NCBI RefSeq assembly: GCF_006345805.1
Contig: NC_043009.1
Span: 47,120,001-47,184,000 of the forward strand
Length of the DNA stretch: 64,000 bases
Direction of reading: 5' to 3'
Origin: Octopus sinensis
Lineage: Eukaryota
The notes beneath the pieces are model-generated. The model did no database searches. It saw only the letters and a program-made list of their open reading frames with translations, and was not told the DNA's origin. The position numbers and the translations under genes were made by a program. This document shows positions 1-12,669 of this stretch, one piece after another (the first letter of the stretch is position 1; each line of letters opens with the position of its first letter).

Positions 1-22
1 CACACACACACACACACACCAC

Positions 23-54
<32 letters not shown>

Positions 55-779
55 TAATATATATATACATGACACACGTATATAAACGTTCTATGCACCC
101 TATCTACTTTCCAAATAAGCGAATTACGTTAAAATTTCTGCTTAATGGAATTGATTATATTGTGTGTATGTGTGTATGTGTGTATGTGTGTATGTGTGTA
201 TGTGTGTGTGCGCGCGCGCGCCGTCTATGTGTGTGTATGAATGAGTGAATCACCGCATTGCTGTCTGTTATCTGTTTTGGGAAGTTGTGGACGAACGCTT
301 ACGCATACGTGCGTAGGTAAGCGTATGTACTGTGTGCCTTTACACAAATCTGTAGTGAATACGGGTTTATTTTTTCCCTCCCCCGCCACAATTTTCACTT
401 TACACACGTGTTTATAAATACCACATATACGTCCGATATGTGTGTGTATACATATGATTAACGTTTGGTGCTTTATACGTTTGTGTATGTATGATGTTGA
501 CATGGTATGTGTCTACGAATTTTATCTGGAATATAAGACGCATATATATACATATACAAATATATATATATATATATAACCAATGAGTGCTGCTACAGTC
601 AGACGAGAATGTCAACAATAATCAGTTGTGAAAGCGACTGACCAAACATAGCACTCGCGCAGCTTCATGGCTGCCTCTTGGAATTAGTTTTAGCAGACGT
701 CACAGTGAAGCTGGACAATTTTTGTGAGTTTGATGGAATTCTTCTTACCTTTCTAGCTTTATTATGAAATATTTCTGCT

Positions 780-793
780 TGTGTGTCTATCTA

Positions 794-826
<33 letters not shown>

Positions 827-850
827 TTCACTCCTCTCTCTCTCTCTCTG

Positions 851-884
<34 letters not shown>

Positions 885-2030
885 AATATATAATATATAT
901 ATATATACATACATATATATTATATATACATACATATATATATATATATATACATACATATACTACATATACATATATATATAATACATATATACATGTA
1001 TATACATATATACATAAATATATATATATACATATACATATACATATATATACTTATATATACATATATATATATACATATATATATATATATTACATAT
1101 ATATACTTATATATACATATATATATTATACATATATATATATATATAATATATATATATCTATATATATATACATATATATATATGTATATATATATAT
1201 ATAATACATATATATATATGTATATATATATATACATATACATATTATACATGCATATATACATACATATAATACATATATATACATACATATATATACA
1301 TATATATACATCATATATATATATACATATACATACATATATATATATATATACATATATGTATATATATACATATATGTATCCATACATATATATATAT
1401 ACATACATATATATATACATCCCATATATATACATATATATATATACATACATGTATACTATATATTATAATATATATATATATATATATATTATAATCT
1501 TTTCTCACTCCTTATCTTTCTTTCTTTCTTTCTTTCCCCTTTCTCTCTCTTTACCAGACCCACACTCTCTGCGAATGAGAGTGTATGCATGTTCGTACGA
1601 GTTTATGGTGTATGTATGTGGTCATATATGTATATATATACATATATATATGCATGTGTGTGAGTGCAGGTATGTGTGTGATGTATGTATTATGTATGTA
1701 TACATATGCATGCATATATGTGCGTATGTACTTATGCATTTGGCCATGTTTATATTTATGCATGTATGTGAGTATATGACGTACATGTATATATGTATGC
1801 GTGTTATTTGTGCATGTATATATTGGTACATATATACATATATACGTATGTGTGTATGCATGTATGTATGTGTGTGTATGTATATACGTAATTACATATA
1901 TATGTTATGTATGTATGTATGTATGTATTTATGTATGTATGTATGTATGTATGTATGTATGTATGTATGTATGTATGTATGTATGTATGTATGTGTGTGT
2001 GTATGTATGTATTTATGTATGTATGCATGT
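780..2030. repeat. Large compound microsatellite (TCTG, CT, TA/TACA, TATG)
   Basis: Directly visible; the source of many YI/CM-rich spurious ORFs. Confidence 0.97.
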
Positions 2031-2445
2031 GGGTTCGATTCCTCTGCGCGATATCTTGAGCAAAATCTCTTTCAACATAACTATAACCTCGTACCAGCTC
2101 ATGCTCGTGAGTGAAACGAGGTAGGCTGAAACTGTACTGAAACCCGTCAGATGGATTGCACTCGTAATTAAAAATTCCAGGCTTGTTACACTCTGTGGCA
2201 TGCTAATTCTGCTTAAGAGTTACATTAACTGTGTACGTTGCTGATGAATACACCTAAACATTAATCCAACGAACAGGTAATTCAGTTGATTGAACAACTA
2301 AAGTACTCGTCGTCGAAATCGACGGAGATTCATCATGTATATAACATTATGTGGCCGATGGGAGTATGGCTGTCCGTTAAGACATGAGTTTGGGTAAGTG
2401 TGTACACTGTGGGAGATGTGTTTTACAGAGGAGCCGTGATGGGGT

Positions 2446-2566
2446 AGGCGCAGGAGTGACTTTGTGGTAAATAGCTTGCTTATTAACCACATGGTTCCGA
2501 GTTCAGTCCCCCTGCGTGGCACCTTCTACTATAGCCTCGGGCCGACCAAAGCCCGTCGTATGTATG

Positions 2567-2599
<33 letters not shown>

Positions 2600-2803
2600 T
2601 TGTGTGTTTATGTTTGTCCCCCCCCCCCAACATCGCTTGACAATCGATGCTGGTGTGTTTACGTCCCCGTAACTTAGCGCTTCGGCAAAAGAGACCGATA
2701 GGATAAGTACTAGGCTTCCAAAAAATAAGTACTGGGATCGATTTGCTCGACTAAAGGCGGTGCTCCAGCATGGCCACAGTCAAATGACTGAAACAAGTAA
2801 AAG
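2446..2803 (+). mobile_element. SINE family A (tRNA head, CORE-like accttgggcaagtg segment, internal microsatellite, gtaaaaga tail); copy with internal deletions
   Basis: aggcgcaggagtg...ggttccgagttcagtcc...ggcggtgctccagcatggccacagtcaaatgactgaaacaagtaaaag. Confidence 0.85.
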
Positions 2804-3241
2804 GGTGTTGGCAGACGAACTGAAACGGTGGAGCCACATATTTGGCCTGAATGCCGTTATAAATGCACTGGAGATTTTCGTAGAAAAGGCCTCACGGCGA
2901 CGACCACCACCAAACAGGATCCGGCTTTGCTTTATCGTTTATCTTTCACTTTTGTCATTAGATTACGGTCATGCTGAGGCACCGCCTTGAAGAATAATTA
3001 ATCAAATGAATTGACTCCAGTACTTACGTTTTTAAAAGCCTGGTACTTATGCTATCGGTCGAACCACTAATTTACGGGGATATAAACACACTGACACCGT
3101 TTGTCAAGCGGTGGTGGGGGACAAGCACAGACAAACACAAACACACACACACCACACACACACATGCATATACGCGACAGGCTTCTTTCCGTCAACCAAA
3201 TCCACTCAGAAGGTTTTGGTCGGCACGAAGCTATATTAGAA

Positions 3242-3511
3242 GCGGACATATGACGTAGTGGTTAAGAGCACAGGCTACTAACCCCAAGATTCCGAATTCG
3301 ATTCCAGGCAGTGACCTGAATAATAATAATAATAATGATAATAATAATAATAACAACAACATCGAAAAATACCTTAGGAATGAGAACCCAGTTTTGAAAT
3401 TTCCCCAAGACACCTGATGAAGGCTGGAGGGTATATCAGCCGAAATGTTGTGTTAACAACAAACAAGATGTAGACAAATATCCGTCAATTGTAAATAATG
3501 TAAATAATGTA
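3242..3511 (+). mobile_element. tRNA-headed SINE carrying a hammerhead motif, nested in an older SINE
   Basis: A box (gacgtagtggtt), B box (gaattcgattcc), (AAT)n spacer, hammerhead motif at 3409-3454, (gtaaataat)n tail. Near-TSD tagaag/taaaag interrupts the host SINE at gctata(g/t)tagaag|acacttg. Confidence 0.75.
3409..3454 (+). ncRNA. Minimal type I hammerhead ribozyme motif
   Basis: Stem I GACAC/GUGUU; core CUGAUGA + extra A; stem II GGCUG/CAGCC; GAAA; stem III AUGU (ACGU palindrome with one C>T); GUU site after 3449. Confidence 0.65.
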
Positions 3512-4251
3512 AAAGACACTTGTCTAAGCAAGCTTTTTACCACACAGTCACGCCTGCGCCTATATGTATAGGGTATTATAAAAACGTACATGTAATACAA
3601 TAGCAGAGGTCAGCAGAAGTACAATTAAAGTTCTGAGTGACTTGGTACTAGGATTTCAGGTTTCGAACCGGTTATGACTTTGTTGAAATGAAAAGGCAGG
3701 TGTATCATCTGAAAGTAGCCGATTGGATATGGATATGGATTTGACGGAATGGCAGAGAGGTTAGGGTTAGGGTTAGGGTTTTGAAGATTTTGTGGAGTAA
3801 CTTTGATTTCATTTCTAATGGCCAGAGGTGGTGAAGTATGGTTATAGGGTTACGGAGTAGAAAGTAAAACTCTCGTGCAAATTACGATGAATAAACTGTC
3901 GTCTAAATTACGCAAAAAGGAAAATAACACTGACATATAGCTATGTTAAACTATACGCAAAAAAGTAGTGGAGACGAGAATACGTTTATCAAATGTTTAT
4001 TACTTTACGTATATCAGGGCTTAAATCGTCAATTATTTCTGTTTCGTTGACTCAGATTCGCTTCACGCTCGCTGTTGACATCCTTCTGTTCTACTTCTGC
4101 TTCCGGAAGTCCTTTTGTTTTCCTGCTGACCAAATTCCTAGCTAGCCCTGCGAAGTTTCTGTCTACAGTTCGTCTGTCACGAATCCTGCCCTACATACAT
4201 CTCATTCTAACAGATATATTTACCAAAATTACGTAAAAATATCTTGAAATA

Positions 4252-4551
4252 CTAAAGAATAAATTTATTCAATAAATCGCCATTGGCTTCAACTACGGCC
4301 TCTAGATGACTTCGGAATCTCCTGCAGCTCTTCTGGACGGTCTCCTTGTTTAAGCTGGTGAATGTTGCCATAATCCTTGCCTTCTGTTCACCTTTCGTAT
4401 TCATCATTCTACAAGGAGTTTTGTTGGTCTCTCGCTAAACTGCGCTCCACACATAACAATCAAATGGGGAATTGCAGTCTGGGGAATTAGGTGGCCAGAT
4501 GTTAGGGGTGATGTGGTTGCAGAAATTGTTGGCCAACCATCACTGGGTTCT
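4252..4551 (-). mobile_element. Decayed Tc1/maT(DD37D)-type transposase C-terminal remnant
   Basis: Minus-strand translation RTQ*WLANNFCNHITPNIWPPNSPDCNSPFDCYVWSAV*RETNK...CRRFRSHLEAVVEANG carries the WPxxSPDxNPxD-type motif and two in-frame stops. Confidence 0.75.
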
Positions 4552-5166
4552 GCACACACATACACACACACATATCTAAACTTACATAAAATATGCACAT
4601 ACATATACACAACACACACATATATACGCATACACACGTACATGTGTGTGTGTGTGTGTGTGTATGCGTGTGCGTATGTATTATTGAGAGATTTAAACTA
4701 AATCTCTTTGCTAATAGAAAAAATATAAACGTATGCATGTTTTGATTTTCTATTATTAAAAAGAACAACAGAAACTCTACCATTTCAAAAAAGAATAGCA
4801 GAATAAATTAGAACCCTTCTACAGCTCGTCGCGAAGATTTATTCATTTGTTCCTATCTCAGTGAAATTAAGAGCTTACAGATTTAATAACTCTGTTAATT
4901 TTGCTGATTTTTAGCAAAATGTCTAATTGTGATTTGATTGAAGATCATTCAGCTCTTTCGGATAGTCCAACTTCCGAAGTCGATTTTTTTAATTTTGCAT
5001 TTCATTCGAGTGATTTTCAAGAATTTCTTTTCGCAGAGAAGAGAACTAGATGCTTCAAAGGCTGCAACAATCAGCACTTCAATTTCCTCATTAACCATTA
5101 AAATCCAATCAATGCTGAGAATTTGATTTTGATTTCGGTATACCTACACAAGTCTGTCCTTCCACA

Positions 5167-5503
5167 CTGACTTTGTTTCCTCATAACTTTCAGAATATGG
5201 ATATTTTTTAATGAAATTTTCTACAGATACCTTTCGGATAGTGTAGATTCTGATTACTTTATAATTTAGTGTAAAAAACAATAGTTGGCCTCTAACACAT
5301 AAATACTGACAGACAAAACAATTATTTCAAAATTTCAAATTTCATTTTGTAGATATATATGAGACATGCACCCGTGTGTATATGTAATCGCCTTCCAATT
5401 TGCTTTATCACATTAAATTCTAATATATTCATAATCTATAATATCTGAAAGGTTTCATCAAGAAATATCCATTTTCCTGAAAGTTATGAGGAAACAAAAT
5501 CAG
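5167..5503. mobile_element. MITE-like element with ~60-bp imperfect inverted repeats
   Basis: ctgactttgtttcctcataactttcagaatatggatatt...(5167-5229) versus ...tatccattttcctgaaagttatgaggaaacaaaatcag (5442-5503). Confidence 0.6.
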
Positions 5504-6650
5504 AAAGTATATTTGCGCAGGTATGTCTGCGCTTGATTTACGCATTAAATCGTAAATGATTCTTTGTCTGATTCGGATTATACAATGTGTCTGTAACTGC
5601 ATCAAATAGGATTAACAAACAGCGTATTGTTTCTAGTGATCTATAATCTCCTATAGGAAAGTTCTTGTCGATGTTAAATGAAAAAGTAAAAAAGAGAAAC
5701 ATCGATGATTTATTACATCGTCTATATTGTTGCAGCATTTTCAAAATCCGACCTCATCAAAGCTGTTTCGAGTAAGGAAACCAAGAGAAGTTTCTATTTT
5801 AGACATTTTCTTCCCAAACCGTTATAGAACATGAAAACATTGAATCTCGAAGATATACCAATAATAAAATTAATAATGATTTCACATTTTGGCAGAGGCC
5901 AGCAATTTCAGAGAAGAGGCTAGCTCGATTAGATCGACTCCAGTGCTCAACTAATATTTACTTTTTCGACCTTGAGAGAATGAGAGGCAAACTCGACCTC
6001 GGTGGAATTTGAACTCAAAACGTAAAAACGGACGAAATGCTCCTAAGTATTTCGCACGGTTCCCAACGATTCTGTCAGCTTGCTGTCTTAACCAATAATA
6101 ATAATCCTTTCTACTATAGATACAAGGTCTGAAATTTTGGGGGAGGAGGCTAGTCGATTACATGGGACACAGTGCATAACTGGTACTTATTTCATAGTAG
6201 ACAGAAACTGTGGAAACCTGCCGTGTGTGTGTGTGTATACATATATATATATACACACACACATTATCTTTATACGAGAATATTGTTAACACTGACTTCA
6301 AAGTTTCAACCAGCGAAGCCATCGTCGAACATACAATGAATGCTGCAAAACACCTATGTCAACATTCCTTTCAAAATAAATGCAAAAGAAGAACATTCTC
6401 TATTTACATATTTTATCTATTTACATTTCTACATATAATCATTGATGCTCTAGGGTTTTTCTTAGTACAGGTGGTCCCTTCAAGATCCCCCCCGTTTGAC
6501 GTCGTTCTTCCCAAGCTTTATAAAAGTCTATCATATTTACGTAGGTATCCGGTTTTTGTTTTTCCCACGCTCTTTTTTTACCGATATTTACACAATCCAC
6601 GTATATTCTCAAATTTATATATGCCTCCTCCACCTCCACACGCATATATA

Positions 6651-6884
6651 TATTTCTTTATTGTCCACAAGGAGCTAAACACAGAGGGGACAACCAAGGA
6701 CAGACAAAGGGTTTAAGTCGATAACATCGACCTCCAGTGCGAAACTGGTACTTTATTTATCGACCCCGAAGGGATGAAAGGCAAAGTCGACCTCGGCGGA
6801 ATTTGAACTCAGAACGTAACGACAGACGAAATACCGCTAAGCATTTCGCTTGGCGCGCTAACGTGTCTGCCAGCTCGCCGCCTT
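6651..6884 (-). mobile_element. SINE family B (tRNA head; central gtcgactttgcctttcatcctttcggggtcgat..aagtaccag domain resembling mollusc Meta/MESC-type SINE cores)
   Basis: Full reverse-complement copy ending ccagctcgccgcct. Confidence 0.85.
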
Positions 6885-6889
6885 TGCCT

Positions 6890-7188
6890 GATCCCAGTGT
6901 TTATCTGTGATTTTAAAGCCTGGTACTTGTTCTTTTATGATGAACTGCTAAGTCACGGGGACGCAAATAAACCGACACCGGTTGCCAAGTGGTGGCAAGA
7001 GATAAACGCGCGCACACACACACACACACACTAATGACAGGCTTCTTTTAGTTTCCGTCTACTAAATCCACTCACAAAGTTTTTGCTCAGCCCAGGGTTT
7101 TAGTAGAAGTGCCAAGGTGCCACGTAGTGGTACTGAACCCTGAATCATATGGCTGGGAAATAAACTTCTTACCACTTAGCCACGCCTG
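6890..7188 (-). mobile_element. SINE family A, diverged copy
   Basis: Reverse-complement matches to the head (ccacgtagtggtactgaaccc) and body. Confidence 0.7.
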
Positions 7189-7189
7189 T

Positions 7190-7468
7190 GTATGTATATG
7201 TGTGTGTGTGTGTGTCTGTATGCACATATATATATATGCATGCATACACACATATATATATATGCATACATACACATGTATATATATAAAATATATATAT
7301 ATATACATACATACATACATTTATATACATACATACACATACATATATGTATGTGTATATATATATGTGTGTGTGAGTGTATATATATATATATGTACAT
7401 ACATATATACATATGTACATGTATATATATATACACATACATACATATGTACATGTATATATATACAC

Positions 7469-7540
<72 letters not shown>
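7190..7540. repeat. (TG)/(TA)/(TACA)n compound microsatellite
   Basis: Directly visible. Confidence 0.95.
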
Positions 7541-7542
<2 letters not shown>

Positions 7543-8154
7543 GTTTACTTCACCTCGAAAGCCCAATCTAATGTCCATCCTTCATCCCATACAAAGTCTG
7601 CTTGTTTAAACCCATCACCAAATCTCTCGTCCTTCCCGAACTCGAGACGTGTGAGTGTGGTGTATGTGCTTGGAGAATATTGCTCGCGTTTGTCTTCTAT
7701 GTATATCTGCGTACATGTGTACGTGCGTTGGCGGATGGACTCACATATGCACAAGATGTATCTTACTGTACAAACATTCCCTCCTGATATCCACTCTTAA
7801 ACATACACGAACAAGCAAAAGACGCACGCACACACCTACGTCCGCGCACACTAACATACAAACGCGCTTCAGCATAATTTAATTCGTATCTGTCTGTATT
7901 TAGAGTTATGTTTATCACATAAAAATATTTTGCTGCTGCTGCTGCTGCTGTTGTTGCTCTTGAGGAATTTCAGCATGTAAAAAAAAAAAAAAAATCCAAT
8001 GTTTATAATACATAGTCTTGATGCAACATTATATCATTGTGTTTTGTATGCTGATGTTGTTTTGCGGCTTAGTATTATTTAACCCCTGATCAGTCTTGAT
8101 CCAATAGACTTCTGTTCAAACGCATTACAACCACATACATACATACATACACAT

Positions 8155-8225
<71 letters not shown>

Positions 8226-8439
8226 GGTTATGAGAGGTAATGGTGTCAAGATGACCCAAAGGTGTCAGGTAATGCTGAGTAAGTGCTATGGATAGACCAT
8301 AGTTAAGCTCCAGGTTCGGTGATTATGCGAATGAGGAGACCAATGTAGGTCATATATTAGCATGCATATATATTAAAAAAATTAACAGAATGAGATAAAA
8401 ATCCAAGGCTGTGAATGATTTCAGAACATTTATAAACAG

Positions 8440-8487
8440 GTCTTACAGCTGTTTCCGGGATATTTAATATATCCCTTCATCGGAGAC
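8440..8487 (-). ncRNA. Minimal type I hammerhead motif, U4C core variant
   Basis: Minus strand: stem I GUCU/AGAC; CCGAUGA; A; stem II GGGAUAU/AUAUCCC; G; GAAA; palindromic stem III ACAGCUGU; GUA site between 8444 and 8443. Confidence 0.65.
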
Positions 8488-8685
8488 GATGCGAGAAAAT
8501 GGTTAAGCAATAGTTATTCCAGAGAAGATATGAAATAGAGAGTGAAGGGATATTCTATCTGCAGTTCCATTATTTAAGCAGAATGGTATACATATAAGTT
8601 TCCTGTACCTTGTGTGTAAGTTCCAATAGTATTTAAAACATAGAGTTTGTAAACCATGTTATTGGATCGAGTAGGGTACAAAGAG

Positions 8686-9031
8686 CACCATCCGAGGGTG
8701 ATTGTTGCCAGAGCGGCTAACTGGCTTCCGTGCTGGTGGCATGTAAAAGGCACCATTTGAGCGTGATCATTACTAGCGTCGCCTTTCTGGCACTTGTGCT
8801 GGTGGCACGTGAAAAAACATTCGAGCAAGGTCATTGCCAGTACCGCCTGATTGGCACGTAAAAGAACCCACTACACTCTCGGAGTGGTTGGCGTTAGGAA
8901 GGGCATCCAGCTGTAGAAACTCTGCCAGATCAAGATTGGACCCTGGTGCAGCCATCTGGTTTGCCTGCCCTCAGTCAAATCTTCCAACCCATGCTAGCAT
9001 GGAAAGCGGACATAAAACGATGATGATGATG
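8686..9031 (+). mobile_element. Retroposon 3' end (RTE/V-domain-like) with internal ~55-60-bp tandem repeats and (GAT)n tail
   Basis: Repeated gtgctggtggca(c/t)gt(a/g)aaa...cattcgagc units, the ggaagggcatccagctgtagaaac motif, and the tail gatgatgatgatgat. Confidence 0.65.
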
Positions 9032-9437
9032 ATACATATATATATATGGGTATGCACCGGAAAATGATAAACAGGAAAGGGGCACTTGCTCTTGATCGTC
9101 TGAGGGATCCAGGTTTTATGGATTACTTAGACTGACCCTGGACAGCTATGTCACCCTTAACACCAAAGGCATCTTGTTTTGTCAGAATTTTGTTATCATA
9201 TGATTTTGTTTTTGTTTTTTTACGTGTTTTTATGTAAACACTTACTGTGGTGTCTTATGTACGATACCTCTTTCCTATGACCCCTTGTGACATGCTTAGC
9301 AGCATTTCGTCCGTCATTGTGCTCTGATTTCAAATTCCGAGGAGGTCGATTGTGTCGTTCATCCTTGTCAGGGTCGATGAAATAAGTACCAGTTGAGCAC
9401 TGGGGATCGATATAATCGACTTGTGCCAAAACTTGAA

Positions 9438-9512
9438 ATCATCATCAGCAGCAGCAGCAGTAGCAGTAGTAGTAGTAGTAGTATAGTAGTAGTAGTAGTA
9501 GTAGTAGTAGTA

Positions 9513-9545
<33 letters not shown>

Positions 9546-9570
9546 CAGGAGCAGCAGCAGTTGTAGTTTC
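9438..9570. repeat. (CAG)/(TAG)n trinucleotide repeat
   Basis: Directly visible. Confidence 0.95.
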
Positions 9571-10159
9571 AGGCATTGTGACTCTCAGCTTACCTAATGT
9601 ATCCTTCGCTTTTTAATACGATTGGTTATGATATAAAAGTTTGCTTGCTATGTCTATATGGGTCGAACCAAAATAGATGTTGTTGAAGCCGTCGACGTCG
9701 TCGTTGTTGTTGGTGTTGTTGAGTAGCCCATGGCAGAGAGACAACCAATGAAACCGACGGTAATTGAAAACGTATGTCCATTGGATACCGATGGGTGGCG
9801 GTTACATCCGTAATTGGATCAATGAGGTGTTGGTCTGAATGAAACTAACACCCGTTCATATGATATCTTTTACAGAGATGTGATAGCGCAGCTGGGAGAA
9901 GAAACGGGTATATGGACGACCCACCCCAGGCGACACTTTTGTATCTACTGCATAAGCCTGTTAATCGGGGGCGAGTGATGACACCAAGTTCAAGGGCTGC
10001 CCAGGGTCGTAAAAACTCCAGCTACGTTACAGCAGAGAGGGTCACATTGCCCTAACGGTTGAGACTTAAACCACGTGATCTAATTTTTTGGAAAACAATG
10101 GAGAATTTACAGATGTTGTGTGTTGAATGAGGTGTCTAAGTAATTGCTTATACGCAGTT

Positions 10160-10183
10160 AATATACATACATACATACATACA

Positions 10184-10217
<34 letters not shown>

Positions 10218-10287
10218 CATACATACATACATATAAATACATACATACATACATACATATAAATACATACATACATACATACATACA

Positions 10288-10318
<31 letters not shown>

Positions 10319-10650
10319 GTATATGTATATATATATATATTCAGAACAAAGAGATTGTTTTAAGAAAAACAACTATGACGGGACTGTCAAGATCTTATCA
10401 AAACATAAACATGGATATATAGAAATATAGTCTCATGCGTATATTCACGCACGCATACAAACACCACACACACTCGCATGCAGACATAAGAGCAGGCACT
10501 CACATCCAATGTGCACACATGCACACGTGTGCACATATACGCGCACACACCAGGCACACACACACATACACACTCACGCATACATTCACTAGCATACACA
10601 CACATACACTCTCAGACATATACACCCGCACACACAAACACACACACACA

Positions 10651-10700
<50 letters not shown>
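10160..10700. repeat. (TACA)n and (CA)n microsatellites
   Basis: Directly visible. Confidence 0.95.
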
Positions 10701-10701
<1 letters not shown>

Positions 10702-11247
10702 CATAAAAGAAAAAGGAAATTTACTCAATATTTCTGGCGAAAGTTATTCGTTTATTTGTAGGTGACGCTCTACTCTGTCGCTACTCCGAGTTTTTTCTGT
10801 TTCCATTTTCCGCGCTGAGTCAGTCTGATGTCGACACTAAGGCTACTATTGTTGTTGCGATACTCATCCACTTGCATAATAGATCAAGGGGTATGCATTT
10901 ATTGGACACCTACAATACCCCATGGCGAAACTGACGGAGTACCCTATTACTTATATCATTTACAACCATACCCCCACCATCATATATATATATATATATA
11001 TACGCACACGCGCGCGCATCCATACATACATGTATACATACCGCCAGCAATAGAGAGCAGTCGCCATATTTCAGACTGTTAACTAACATTCCGTTGACAC
11101 CTAGTGCGAAACCGCTTGGTAGGATCAGCCGTAATGGATATACAATACCGTACACTCCAAATAACATACGTACGTACGTACATATGTGTGTGTGTGTATA
11201 CATATATATAAGTGTGTATGTGTGTGTATCAGGACGCCATGATAGAT

Positions 11248-11445
11248 CGTTAGCTCCTCACGTATTTTTTCTCTCCTTGTTTCTCTCCTTGTTTTTTTTC
11301 TGTGTATCTTTCTGTCGAAGAGCGTAGGCTCGAAACGTAAAAGACTTTTTCTATTTCTATTCTTGAGCGCCATACTAATACATTTGTTTGTTTGCACTCC
11401 ACCTGCCTTCGACTTTTGCTTATTTTCGTAAACCTTCCTGTTATA
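11248..11445 (+). mobile_element. ~200-bp hammerhead-bearing repeat (Penelope pseudo-LTR-like) abutting (TA)n
   Basis: Near-identical second copy at 32218-32425 (gttagctcct...gagcgtaggctc...gagcgccatactaatacatttg...cgtaaaccttcc). Confidence 0.7.
11307..11344 (+). ncRNA. Minimal type I hammerhead motif with non-canonical core (CUGUCGA)
   Basis: Stem I UCUUU/AAAGA; CUGUCGA + A; stem II GAGC-GUAG-GCUC; GAAA; ACGU palindrome; GUA site after 11339. A6 is replaced by U. Confidence 0.55.
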
Positions 11446-11568
11446 TATATATATACACACACACATACATACACATATCCATACATGCACCCATGCGTAG
11501 GTACGTACGTACGTACATACATACATTCATACATACATATATATATTCACACACACGGAGATATGCAT

Positions 11569-11615
<47 letters not shown>

Positions 11616-12310
11616 AATCGGAGTATATACATTCTTATTGTAATATATTATTATATAGTTATTATTGTAGTAAGTTGCTTTCTCTATGTAACTTAAAAAG
11701 TCTTCTGGTTTGTTTATATATGTAGTATATATATATATATATATATATAAACGTACGTCATCAAGGGGGCTTCGAGGAAGTTAGGGAGCTGTAAGATGTA
11801 TGAGCCCTCAGTTCTGGGTGCACACTTACCATTGTGAAGATCGCCAATCAGAGGAGAGACACTCCACGAATGCTAGCCCTATTCTACTCAAATATAAACT
11901 GTCAGTTAGACAGAATAAAAAATGTAAATCCAGTTAGTCTTCTCTATTACAACTTGTTTATAAAGAAAATATTTGAATTGATCCTTTGTTCGAACTTTTC
12001 CCATGATACGTAATTCAATTTATTTACACTGGTTATCAAGTTCACGTTCAGGAATTCTGAGATGTAATTTTCTTCATATTTTTGTAATGGCTCATCCATT
12101 CTCTGTTGTCAACGCGGATGCGCTAACTCCCACCTTTTTTCCAAAGTCGACACCATAAACAAAACGTGGTTTGTTTCCTGACACTCTGCTGAAACTAATA
12201 GCTCTTAGACATTTCACCGTTTTGATACTTGTGTTCAGAGACCAAACTGGAAAAGATTGCTACTCACTATCGTTTCGAGTTATGTGTTTATTCAATATTT
12301 TCTACATTTA

Positions 12311-12669
12311 AGGTGGCGAGCTGGCAGAAACGTTAGCACGCCGGGTGAAAAGCGTAGCCGTATTTCATCTTCTGTTACGTTCTGAGTTCAAATTCCGCCG
12401 AGGTCGAATAAGTACCAGTTACGCACTGGGGTCGATATAATCGACTTAATCCGTTTGTCTGTCCTTGTTTGTCCCCTCTGTGTTTAGCCCCTTGTGGGTA
12501 GTAAAGAAATAGGTATTTCGTCTGCCGCTATGTTCTGAGTTCAAATTCGGCCGAGCTCGACTTTGCCTTTCATCCTTTCGGGGTCGATTAAATAAGTACC
12601 TATTACGCACTGGGGTCGATGTAATCGACTTAATCCGTTTGTCTATCCTTATTTGTCCCCTCTGTGTTT
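12311..12669 (+). mobile_element. SINE family B, partial tandem dimer
   Basis: The unit restarts at gtatttcgtctgccg (12513) after the aaagaaatag tail. Confidence 0.85.

Larger units (their letters stand above)
2945..3561 (-). mobile_element. SINE family A copy interrupted by the 3242-3511 insertion
   Basis: Reverse-complement family A sequence on both sides of the insertion, ending cacgcctgcgcct. Confidence 0.8.

Noticed and set aside
225-2124. Many long ORFs rich in Y/I/C/M/V/H/T here and throughout the window (e.g. 372 aa at 996-2114)
   Set aside because: They are translations of (TA)n, (TACA)n, (TATG)n and (CA)n microsatellites, which lack stop codons in some frames.
11830-12300. Minus-strand stretch with protein-like peptides (FVYGVDFGKKVGVSASALTT)
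   Set aside because: Multiple stops and no motif I can assign; possibly an old TE, but unsupported without a search.
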